A program made the position numbers and the translations under genes. The notes under the pieces were generated by a model. The model saw only the letters and a list, made by a program, of their open reading frames with translations, did no database searches and was not told the DNA's origin. Positions 10,693-21,729 of a stretch of DNA of 64,000 nt are shown here, in pieces. How positions within the stretch are numbered: position 1 is the first letter of the stretch; each line of letters begins with the position of its first letter. The stretch comes from Mobula birostris (taxonomy: Eukaryota), in the NCBI RefSeq assembly GCF_030028105.1, contig NC_092383.1, positions 86,261,921-86,325,920 on the forward strand. Reading direction: 5' to 3'.

Positions 10693-11800
10693 TGTCATGG
10701 TCCAGTCAGTGAAGTCTGCATTTCTGTTCACGGTCCAGTCCATCAATGCTTGTTCTGGGTTTTCCTGTTTTCTCTCTTGTTCTGTTGGGTGCCTTAATTG
10801 AGGCACCTGATTCTCAATTCGGCCTGGCACATAAATACCTCTGCAAACCTAGGGATTGTTTTGGCTGGACTGTTCCCTTCCCTTCCTTCTGAAACCTTTG
10901 CCTGCAACCTTGTCAAGTTCAGCCGCCGGAGTGAGACCAGAGCCTTGCCGTGCCAAGAGAGGGAACTATCTGTCATTGAGTTTGGAACTGTCTCTTTGTG
11001 TCCCTCTGTTTAGTTTCCATGTTCTGTGTACAAGTCCCAACCCTACATCTTGTGCTTCCCAAGGAGGAGTCCTGACTCTGTGGTTCCTGTTCCTGTGCTC
11101 AAATCCAAAGCTCTCTGTTGCTGTGTTCCAAGACCAAGTCCAGGCGCCATGTTCCAGCCTTGTCTAAGTCTGAGCTTTGTGTCCTTATCCAGTTCTGGTG
11201 CCTCGCCCAGCCCAGTGCTGGAGATTCCTCATCCTGTGCTGGATCGCCCAATCCAAATCCTCAGCAGACATCCCTGCCCTGTGCTCCAAGGAGGAGTCCC
11301 AGCTCCGTACCCAAGAGCCTAACCAAGCCGAGTCCAAGAGCCGAGCCAAATCTAGTTCAAAAGCCACGTCCTGTGCTGGAGTTCCCTCGTCCAGTCCAGG
11401 AGTCCCTCGGCCTATCCAAGCCACATTCAAGAACCTCGTGCTGTGCAGGAGTTCCACATCCTGTCCTTGCCAAGATCCTAGTCCTGAGTCCCAGCCTAGA
11501 CCCGGGTTCCGGTTCCGAGTCAAGACTCAGGTTCCAAGTCCCAACTAAGACCCAGGTTCCGGGTCCTTGTCCAGGCTCTGGTTGCAAGTTCCTAGTCCAG
11601 GCTCTTTGTTCCTCATTCCACATCCGGGTTCCGTGCTTCTAGCCCAAGTCCTAGCCCAGGCCCTGAATCCTCGCCCAGGGCCTGTGTCAATGTCCAGCAT
11701 TGTTTCTTCCCTTGCTTTCCTGACAAACCTAGTCCTGTTCCTAGAACTTCAGTGTCTGTGTCTTGCATTTGGGTCCGCTACCAGCGCCCCCCTTGTAACA
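10693..11800 (+). mobile_element. Solo LTR-like element with internal CCAAG/GTCC-rich tandem repeats
   Basis: It starts TGTCATGG, ends TGTAACA and has a TATA-like ATAAATA near 10830. The paralogous site at ~49741-49770 is empty. Confidence 0.7.
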
Positions 11801-11809
11801 GAGAGAGCT

Positions 11810-12690
11810 TCAGTACAAGGGATAACAATTCTCACATGTCACACTTGTTGGAGAAACAATACAGGATCAGAATCAAAATCAAGTTTCATATCACTGGCAT
11901 ACTGTATGTCCTGAAATTATCTGTATCGGCACCATCTTGGAGTTTAACTAAACAATGTTAATTGTTCAACTGCCTGGACTGCTGAGCTCCCCCGGCATTT
12001 TGTGTGTGTTGTTTCATTGTTCAATCTTAATTTCATTGCAGTGCGAGGGTTGAGATGATCCAAGAATGTGGCTGATTTATATTGTCCTGAATTTTCGTTG
12101 CTGATTTTGCAATTGTTTATAAACACTGAATTTCACATTGTACAGAAATGGATAAATGATAAAAATAATTCAGTATAGATAGAGAGCTTTTGTTACTTTG
12201 GGTTTGTTACATGTGTTTTAGGAGAAAACAGTGCAGTATATTAGCCATGAATGTATGTCTGCTTAAATTCTGTACATTGGGATATAGTATGAGTGCTGAC
12301 TCTGTTGTATCAGTCACTACTGTCATCTGTGTAATTTTCACTCTCAGCAAAAGATGTGGTTAGAACTTCTGTCTTCTTTATTTATCTTCCCAAACAGAAT
12401 ATAGGGAAGTACCAGTAGATGCTATATATAAACAAATTGTTCTACCCTCTTCCTGTATTTTCCCATCACTTTTTGGAAAACTTCTCAATAACCATTGTGC
12501 TATATGCTGATGAGAGCAAGTGCAGAGATGCAAAATATCTTCAGATCAGCATTTTTGTTTCAGCAAGATCACTGAACAACAATAATAATTCCATGAAGTA
12601 AAGGCCTTTTGACCTTTGTGTTTAAAATTAATCCCAATCCTGTGCACAGCTGTAAACACAACTATGGGATCATAAAATGTTTTCCAGTTG
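11810..12690. repeat. Low-copy segmental-duplication block (non-TE) upstream of units A, B and D
   Basis: Visible homology to ~49770-50890 plus 51840-52070 and to ~63480-63960. Confidence 0.85.
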
Positions 12691-13280
12691 GTTTTTGGGA
12701 AGTTATCAAAGAACTGAGGCTTTATAAGGTATTGGTCAGACTGCACTTGGAATATGTTGAACAGTTTAGGAAACCCTATCTATGAAAGGATGTGCTGTAT
12801 TTGGAGAGGGTCCAGAGGAGATTCATGGGAATGATCCCAGGAATGAGCAAGGTTAACACATGAGGAGCGTTTGATGGCTCTGGGCCTGTACTTGCTGGAG
12901 TTTAGAAAAATGAGGGGGAAATTTCATTGGAATCTCTTGAATAGTGAAAGGCCTGGATGGAGTGTATGTGGAGACGATGTTTCCTATCATGGGGGAGTCT
13001 CCGATACAATGACATCCCTTTTGAACAGAGATGAGAAAGAATTTCTTTAGTCAGAGAGTGGTGAACCTGTGGAATTCATTGAAAAAGAAGGCTGTGGAGA
13101 CTACGTCATTGTGAATATTTAAAGTGGATGTTGGTGGTTCTTGATTAGTAAGGGTGTTGAAGGTTATGTGGAGAATGGGGCTGAGGTGGATAATAAGTCA
13201 GCCATTATAGAATGGTGGCACAGACTGATAGGCTGAATGGCCTAATTATGTTCCTGGAATATTGTCTTCTGGTCTTATGC
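12690..13280 (+). mobile_element. Degenerate CR1 3' fragment, shared with the unit B upstream region (~52060-52600)
   Basis: Contains GGTCAGACTGCACTTGGAATAT, GGTGAACCTGTGGAATTC and the CR1-type 3' end GGCTGAATGGCCTAATT. Confidence 0.8.
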
Positions 13281-13325
13281 TCTTAAGTGATGGAACAATG
13301 AAGGCAGATGATGGAACAATTTGTT

Positions 13326-14478
13326 TAGTCATAGTCATAGTCATAGTCGTAGTCATACTTTATTGATCCTGGGGGAAATTGGTTTTCGTTACAGTTGCAC
13401 CATAGATAATAAATAGTAATAAAACCATAAATAGTTAAATAGTAATATGTAAATTATGCTAGGAAATAAGTCCGGGACCAGCCTCTTGGCTCAGGGTGTC
13501 TGACCCTCCAAGGGAGGAGTTGTAAAGTTTGATGGCCACAGGCAGGAATGACTTCCTATGACGCTCAGTGTTGCATCTCGGTGGAATGAGTCTCTGGCTG
13601 AATGTACTCCTGTGCCCAACCAGTATGTTATGTAGTGGATGGGAGACATTGTCCAAGATGGCTTGCAACTTGGACAGCATCCTCTTTTCAGACACCACCA
13701 TCAGAGAGTCCAGTTCCATCCCCACAACATCACTGGCCTTACGAATGAGTTGGTTGATTCTGTTGGTGTCTGCTACCCTCAGCCTGCTGCCCCAGCACAA
13801 AACAGCAAACATGATAGCGCTGGCCACCACAGCCTCGTAGAACATCCTCAGCATCGTCCAGCAGATGCTAAAGGACCTCAGTCTCCTCAGGAAATAGAGA
13901 CGGCTCTGACTCTTCTTGTAGACAGCCTCAGTGTTCTTTGACCAGTCCAGTTTATTGTCAATTCTTATCCCCAGGTATTTGTAATCCTCCACCATGTCCA
14001 CACTGACCCCCCGGATGGAAACAGGGGTCACCCGTACCTTAGCTCTCCTCAGGTCTACCACCAGCTCCTTAGTCTTTTTCACATTAAGCTGCAGATAATT
14101 CTGCTCACACCATGTGACAAAGTTTCCTACCGTAGCCCTATACTCAGCCTCATCTCCCTTGCTGATGCATTCAACTGTGGCCGAGTCATCAGAAAACTTC
14201 TGAAGATGACAAGACTCTGTGAAGTAGTTGAAGTCCGAGGTGTAAATGGTGAAGGGAAGGGGAGACAAGACAGTCCCCTGTGGAGCCCCAGTGCTGCTGA
14301 TCACTCTGTCGGACACACAGTGTTGCAAGCACACGTACTGTGGTCTGCCAGTCAGGTAATCAAGAATCCATGACACCAGGAAAGCATCCACCTGCATCAC
14401 TGTCAGCTTCTCCCCCAGCAGAGCAGGGCGGATGGTGTTGAATGTACTGGAGAAGTCAAAAACCATGACCCTCTCAGT
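13326..14478 (-). mobile_element. 5'-truncated, young Rex1/Babar-type LINE
   Basis: Uninterrupted 343-aa ORF with DFSSTFNTI, GAPQGTVLSP, KFSDD and RLYFLRRL. A (TATGAC)n 3' tail lies at ~13326-13357. The paralogous site at ~52625-52650 is empty. Confidence 0.9.
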
Positions 14479-14939
14479 TACATGAGGCATCCATTGGTAC
14501 TTCCTTAAATTCTGTTTTGTAAGTCATGTAAAGAGCACAGAAGTTCTCAGCATATCCACTGAGAATTGCTTTGGGATGTCCTCAGAAAGGGAAAGGGCCC
14601 CTTTCAGAATCAGAATCAGGTTTGTTTTAACTGTCTTCTGATGTAAAATTCCCTGTTTTGCAGCAGAAAAAAAAACGAGCAAGTTCATTCCCTCAGACTA
14701 TTAATGAGTTTGGGTTTAACAGGTCCAGATTCACAAGTGGGACCACTGTAAATGGAATCATCTCGGGCTAATCAAATCCCATCAGATAACCCTGACTTGT
14801 AGAGGTCAAGAGCTCCTAACAGACTCTAGTGTTTTTGCTTCACATCCTCACACAGCAGGTGAAGACTATTGTGTCATATTCCTCCTTGTCAGTGAGGCAT
14901 TTCAAAGTTTAAAATTCAAATTAAATTTATTATCAGAGT

Positions 14940-15830
14940 ACATATATGTCACCATATACTACCCTGATTGTAGTTACAATAATGAAGTTCACCTTCTGTT
15001 TTATTTCCAAGACATTTTATTCTATGTATGTACATTTATGGGTTACAGGTGCATGTTAGTACTGAGAAAAGTTACACTATCTGTTTGCAGGTTTACACCC
15101 TGATGACCAATGCAAGCTGCAATAATTTGCAGCTCACTCATTTTAATCAGCACCAACTTTATTTTCATGCTTGAGTCTCTTTCTCACTCCATTTCTTCAA
15201 CATGCATTACAATAGGACAGTAGTCGTGCACCTTATCAAAGTTCAAAAAGAGCTGCTGCGCTCTTGTTAGAGAAACGTCACTCTGAAACAATATCCCCTG
15301 CACCATCAGTCTTCAGGACGGATATGTCACTCAGAGATTTGCACTGATATTATTATTATCATTATTATTTATTTTTGTGTATCTATGTGCTTTTTTAACT
15401 ATATGTGTTGTGTGATGTGTGCTGTGTGTAACTGTCTTCTGTGTTTTTCACCTTGGCTCCGGAGGAACATTGTTTTGTTTAGCTGTTACATGTGCATGGT
15501 TGAATGACAAATAAACTTGAACTTCAGATTGAACTTGAAAAGGTCCTTTGCATTTTCTAACTTCATGATTATAATGACAATAGTGTAGTTCACCTCTTAT
15601 TTTCAAGACCCTTTATTGTACATTCATGGGTTACAGTCACAGATCAGTACTGAGAAAAGTTACACCTTCTATTTGCAGATTCACACCCTGATGAACAATG
15701 CAAGCTGCAAAAGTTTGCAGCTCACTCATTTTAGTCAGCACCCAACTTTTATTTCCATTGCTCATTCTTCTTTAAAACCTTTGTACAGTGACCAGAAATT
15801 TTCATGCTGTGTCTCTTTCTCACTCCATTT
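14940..15830 (+). repeat. Tandem pair of a ~300 bp low-copy repeat (~14940-15260 and ~15560-15830)
   Basis: Shared core GGGTTACAG..TACTGAGAAAAGTTACAC..TTTGCAG..TACACCCTGATGA. The second copy is split by the CR1 at 15830 and resumes at ~19610. An inverted third copy lies at ~54010-54230. Confidence 0.8.
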
Positions 15831-18800
15831 ATGCAGATAGGGGATTCTGCAGCAGCAAAAGAAACAGCAGGATAGTGTGTTGCCTCCTGTGTGCTAGGGT
15901 TCAGGATGTCTCAGAATGGTTGAAGAATATTCTTGAAGGGGAGCGTGAGCAGCTGGAGGTCACAGTACATGTTGGTACCAATGATATAGGCAGGAGAGGG
16001 GTAGAGGTTCTGCGTCGTACATTTAGGGAGTCAGGAAGGAGGCTGAAGAGCAGAACCTCCAAGGTGGTAATCTCCAGATTACTCCTGGTGCCATGAGCTA
16101 GTGAAGGTCAGAACAGGAAGATAACACAGATGAATGAGTGGCTGAGGAGATGGAGCAGGGGGCAGGGTTTCAAGTTCTTGAATCATTGGAACCTTTTCTG
16201 GGGAAGGGGTGACCTGTACAAGGGGGACGGGTTGCACCTGAACTGGAGGGTAACTAATATCCTGGGAGGGAGGTTTGCTCATACTATTGGGGAGGGTTTA
16301 AACTAGATTTGCAGTGGGGTGGGAACCGAAGTGAAGAGGCAGAGGATGTGGTAGTGGTGCAAAAGTCGGGACAGCTTGTAGGAAGTTTGTGAGGGAGGAG
16401 AAACAGATGATACAGCAAAGATGCATTCAGCCAGATGGTTTGAGATGTGTCTATTTTAATGCAAGGAGAATCATAGGCAAGGCAGATGAACTTAGAGTGG
16501 GGAGCAATATGTGGAACTATCATGTTGATGTGACTACAGAGACTTGGATGTCTCAGGTGCAGGAATGGCTGCTGAGTGTGCCGAGTTTAGAGGTTTTAAA
16601 AAGGACTGGGAGGGAGGCAAAAGAGATGGGGGAGAAGCATTGCTAATCAGGGATAGTATTACGGCTGCAGAAAAGGAGGAAGTCTTGGAAGGATTGTCTA
16701 CTGCGTCATTGTGGGTGGAAGTCAGAAACAGGAAGGGGGCAAAAATTCTGCTGGGTGTTTTTTATAGACCATCACCCAATAGTAACAGAGACATCGAGGA
16801 GCAGATAAGGAGGCAGATTCTGGAATGGTGCAAAAATAAAAGGGTTGTTGTGATGAGTGATTGTAACTTTCCAAATATTGACTAGCATTTCTTTCGAGCA
16901 AGGGGTTTAGGTGGGGTGGAATTTGTTAGTTGTGTTCAGGAAGGTTTCCTGATGCAATACGTAGATAAGTCAACTAGAGAAGAGGCTGTACTTGATCTGG
17001 TATTGGGAAATGAACTGTCAGGTGTCAGATCTCTCAGTAGAAGAGCATTTTGGAGATAGTGATCACAACTCTTTCTGCTTTACCTTAGCGCTAGAAAGAG
17101 ACAGGAGCAGACTATTTGCAAAAACATTTAATTGGGGTAGGTGAAATATGATACTGTTTGGTAGGAACTTAGGAACATAAATTGGAAGCTGATGTTCTCA
17201 GGGAAATGCATGGCAAAAAAGTGGCAAGTGTTCAGGGAACATTTGCATGGCGTTCTGCATGGGTATGTTCCATTGAGGCAGGGAAAGGATTGTGGGATAA
17301 AAAAGTCACGGTGTACAAAGGATGTAGAAAATCTAGATAAAAAGTAAAGAAAAATTTACAAAAGGTTCAAGAAACTAGGTACTGTTAGAGCTCAAGAAAA
17401 TTACAAGGGTGCCAGAAAGGAGCTCAGGAATGAAATTAGGAGAGCCAGAAGGGGCCATGAGAAGGCACTTGTAAACAGGATGAAGGAAAACCCAAGGGCG
17501 TTCTACAAATATGTGAAGAACAGGAGGATGAGCCATGTGAGAATAGGACTAATCAGGAGCGATAGTGAAAAACGTGTATGGAGTCAATGGAGATAGCGGA
17601 GGAACCTAATGAATACTTTGCTTCAGTATTCACCAATGAAAAGGACCTTAGCAATTGTGAGGGTGACATACAGCAGATTGAAACAGTTGAGTGAATAAAC
17701 ATTAAGAAAGAGGATCTGCTGGAGCTTCTGAAAGGTACTAAGTTAGATGAGTCACCGGGACCGATCGTGATATACCCCAGGCTACAGGGGGAAGCGAGGA
17801 AGAAGATTGCTGAGATTCTGGTGATGATTTTTGTATCATCAATAGGGACAGGCGAAGTACCAGAGGACTGCATGGTTGCAAACTTTGTTCACTTCTTCAG
17901 AAAAGGGATTAGAGATACTCCAGGAAATTATAGACCAGTGTGTCTTACTTCAGTGGAGGGCAAGTTGTTGGAGAAGATCCTGAGAGGCAGGATTTATGAA
18001 CATTTGGAAATATATTGTCACCAGATTTGGATATGGCCCAAGTGCAGAGTGAGAGAAACTGAAGTGGTTCGATATTTCACAGACTTTAATGTGAACGATG
18101 TTAGAAAGGAAAAAGAAAACAATAAACGTTAGGCCAAACAGGGCCATTGACTAAAACACTCAGATGGAAAGTGGAGCCTACAGTGCGGCTGAAAAGAACA
18201 ACTAAGAATAAAATGAATACCGCTTGTCTTCACAGTCAGTTGACAGTCCAATTTCTCAGCCAAGGCAGAATGCAGGTAATGAAGTGTAGCTATGTCCATG
18301 ACCAAGTCTCGACAAATACTATGACTGGAGTTAAATACTATCACAATGAAGTAACAATTAGCTGACACATGCACATTCATGAGTGCAATTGCCGAATCTC
18401 CTGCGCTGCCGAATCCGTGGTTCTAACAGACGTAATCTGATTAGGGAGAGTCAGCATGGCTTTGTCAAGGGCACATCAAGCCTTATGAAAATATTGAGGC
18501 ATGGGATCCAAGGAGACCTTGCTTTGTGAATCCAGAATTGGCTTGTCCACAGAAGGAAAAGAGTGTTTGTATATGGTTTGTATTCTGCATGGAGGAGGGT
18601 GACCAGTGGTGTTCCACAGTGATTTGCTCTGGGACCCCTCCTCTTTGTGATTTTTATAAATGACCTGGATGAAGAAGTGGAAGGGTGGGTTAGTCAGTTT
18701 GCTGATGACACAAAAGTTGGGGGTGTTGTGGATAGTCTGGAGGGTTGTCTGAGGTTAGAGTGCGATGTCGATAGGATGCAGAACTGGACTGAGAAATAGC

Positions 18801-19607
18801 AGATGGACTTCAACCCAGATAAATGTGAAGTGATTTATTTCAGGAGGTCAAATTTGAAGACAGAATATAATGTTAATAGTAAGACTCTTGGCAGTGTGGA
18901 GGATCAATGTGATTTTGGGATCTGTGTCCATAGGGGACTCTAAGCTGCCGTGCAGGTTGACTGTGTTGTTAAGAAGGTGTATGGTATTTTGGCCTTCATC
19001 AACCATGGGATTGAGTTTCAGAGCTGTGACGTAATTTTACAGCTATATAAGACCTTAGTTAGACTTCATTTGGAGTACTGTCTTCAGTTCTGGTCACCTC
19101 ACTACAGGAAGGATGTGGATACTCTAGAGACAGTGCAAAGTAGATTTAAAAGGATGTTGCCTGGATTGGAGATCATGCCCAATGAGAACAGGTTGAGTGA
19201 ACTTGTCCTTTTCTTCTTGGAGTTACAGAAGATGAGAGATGACCTGAAAGAGGTGTGTAAGATGATGAGAGGCATTGATCGTGTGGATAGCCGGAGGCTT
19301 TTACCCCAGGCTGAAATGGCTAACATAAAGGATCATAGTTTCAAGGAGTTTGGAAGTAGGTACAAGGTCTAAGTGAGAGGTAAATTTTTCCACACAGAGT
19401 TGTCATTGTGCAGTATGCACTGCCGGCAATGGTGGTGGAGGTGGGATTCAATAGGGTCTTTTAAGAGACTCGTAGATAAGTAAATGGAGCTCAGAAAAAT
19501 AGAGAGCTATTTGGAAATTCTAGGCAGTTTCTAGAGTAGGTTACATGGTTGGCACAACTTTGTGGGCCGAAGGGCCTGTAATGTGCTGTAAATTTCTGTG
19601 ATCTATG
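15830..19607 (+). mobile_element. Near-full-length degenerate CR1 LINE (ORF1 esterase end, ORF2 EN-RT)
   Basis: VHVGTNDIGR (SGNH esterase), LWVEVRNRKG, NYRPVCLTS and RLHLEYCLQFWSP, with many stops and frameshifts. Confidence 0.92.
18016..18428. mobile_element. Solo LTR-like insertion within the CR1
   Basis: A 413-bp non-CR1 segment bounded by TG...CA that interrupts the CR1 ORF2 at the EHLE|..NLIR position. Confidence 0.6.
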
Positions 19608-19879
19608 CTCAAAAATGCGTTACTGTAGATAAGTAATCATGCACCTTATTAAAGCTCAAAAAGTTTAAAGTAAATTTATTATCAAAATTTGAAAATATCA
19701 CTATATATGAAGAAAGTGTAATTCTGAAAAGTGGAGAAAAAGAAAACAGTTCTGTTATTTGTAGCAACACACACAAAATGCTGGGGGAATTTCACAGGCC
19801 AGGCAGCATCAATGGAAAAGAGTACAGTCAATATTTCATATAGATTAGTAGAGTACAGGATGAGTCTTTCGGCATACAA

Positions 19880-20500
19880 TACTCAGACAATCTATGTTCC
19901 ATGATCAGTCTAATTCATCCCTCCTACATAGCCCATAACACATTATTTTTCATACATACATGTGCGTGCCTATCTGCAAGTCTCTTAAATGTTCCTATTA
20001 TATCAGCCTCTACTCCCATGCCTGCCATGCATTTCAGGGACACACCAATCTGTGTAAAAAAAAACTTGCCTGTTATATTACCCCTAAACTTTCTTCCAAT
20101 CACCTTAAATGGACGTCCTCTGGTATTGGTCATTGTCACCACGGGAAAGGGGTGCTGGCTGTCCACTCAATCTATGGCTTACACTCTACAATACTCCAAG
20201 GGTGATCAAATCAGAGTTTTACAGAGCTGCACCATTACCTTGCAGCTCTGGAAATCAGTCCCCAGTGCATCACACACCTTCTTTAACATTCTTTTAACTC
20301 GTGCAGCAACTTCGAGGAATCAACATACTTGGACCCCAATATCCCTCTGTACCTCCACATTGCTCAGAGTTCTGCCATTGACCTTGCAATCTGCCTTCAA
20401 GTTCAATTGTCCAAGGTGTACTGTCCTCTTATTTTTGTCTCCCCGACATGCTCTTTGTATGAGTCCTACTTTATTGCAACTTCTGCAAGTTTCACCTTTA
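19880..20500 (-). mobile_element. Degenerate CR1 3' fragment
   Basis: The minus-strand ORF 19924-20166 reads TRGRPFKVIGRKFRG..FFTQ, the CR1 ORF2 C-terminus. Confidence 0.75.
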
Positions 20501-20519
20501 AACCTGCATTTATTTGGTG

Positions 20520-21480
20520 AATGTGAGCCCCTGACACAATGCTAACACAATTTGTTCAGCCTGGCCAGTTTGTGTTCGGATATTGCAAATTGTTTACACT
20601 AACTTTCATTCTTGACTACAATTCAATTGCATCCCTGTCTGTGGTTTCCTTTGAAACAACAATTTTAGATGTTCTGTTGAATGTGAGTTGTGCTTCAGTT
20701 AAGAGCTATTTTTGACTGCTTTCTTGTAAGATTCCACAAACTAAATAATCTTTCAGTGCATCATCAAGCCCAACATTGAGCTGATAATACTCAGATAATC
20801 TCTTCAATTCAGCCACAAACGCTGAAGTGGACTCCCCTTCTTTCTGATTCTGCAAATGAAACCTAAAGCTTTCTGTAATTGATAATAACATTGTTTCTAA
20901 ATGTTCTAAATTTCTGCTGGTTTTTTTGGAGCAGTCTAAATTTCAAAGCAAACTGTATGCCTTTAAAGGCAAAGTACTCAGCAAAATTGGCACTTGTTTC
21001 TCGGTATCTATTATATTTGCTTCAAACTATTGTTGAATTAACTCAGTATACACAGTCCGATTGTCTGGTGTGGAATCAGACGAGCCCGTCTTTCTGATGT
21101 AGCTAGCTGTTTGTGCTGTTTTAAATGATAATTAGCGTCTGGTTCTCACTCTTTATGAATGGATGAATTCTTCTGATTTCTGATGTTTTTAAAACTTGAT
21201 TGTGTTCTCCATTCAGAAGAACATGTGCTGTGCTGCTTTTCTATTAATTTGGACCACCTCTGCACGTGCTGGGCTACAATTTCTTTTACTTGCAATGTTT
21301 CTTTACTTCAAATCTTTTGCTGCACTTCAGCAGGTTGACAGCCATCTAACATTCATTTTAAAGATACGTCGTCACCAATGCTATGTTTTGTAACTTCAAA
21401 ACATCAATCTAATTCAAAAGAAGATATGGGAGTCAGGGAATGTGGGTCTAACTTCGTTCTTCATTTCAAACGAGGCGTGC
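20520..21480 (-). mobile_element. Gypsy-like LTR retrotransposon remnant (LTR part, PBS, gag)
   Basis: ORF 20706-20891 reads ESFRFHLQNQKEGES.SAFVAELKRLSE..DALKDYLVCGILQE, a Gypsy gag motif. A PBS-like TGGTGACGACG lies at 21367-21377 on the minus strand. Confidence 0.8.
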
Positions 21481-21729
21481 ATGTATCATGTGAATTGCAT
21501 ACATCATCATGCTAGCTCATATTTTATGATCTTATGGTCTTGATTCCATTAAGAAAATCCAGGAGCCTAAATGTGATCTGTTCACTACGTTTGAATTTCA
21601 TTCTCAACTAAACCAAAAGGATAAATTACTTATTAATATCAACAATTTATTAATAAGAATATTAACAGATTATTTATTAGTTATTGAAACATACAACAAC
21701 AACCTCAGGCATATGAATCCACAGTGTGA

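Noticed and set aside
11020-11700. Regularly recurring CCAAG/CTGTGCT motifs that might suggest a CRISPR-like array
   Set aside because: The units are degenerate and variable in length with no unique spacers, and the context is eukaryotic LTR sequence.
10794-11914. Many overlapping Pro/Ser-rich ORFs of up to 174 aa
   Set aside because: They arise from the low-complexity tandem repeats inside the solo LTR, with no domain or splice signature.
19901-20545. 214-aa plus-strand ORF
   Set aside because: It is the antisense reading of a degenerate CR1 3' fragment.
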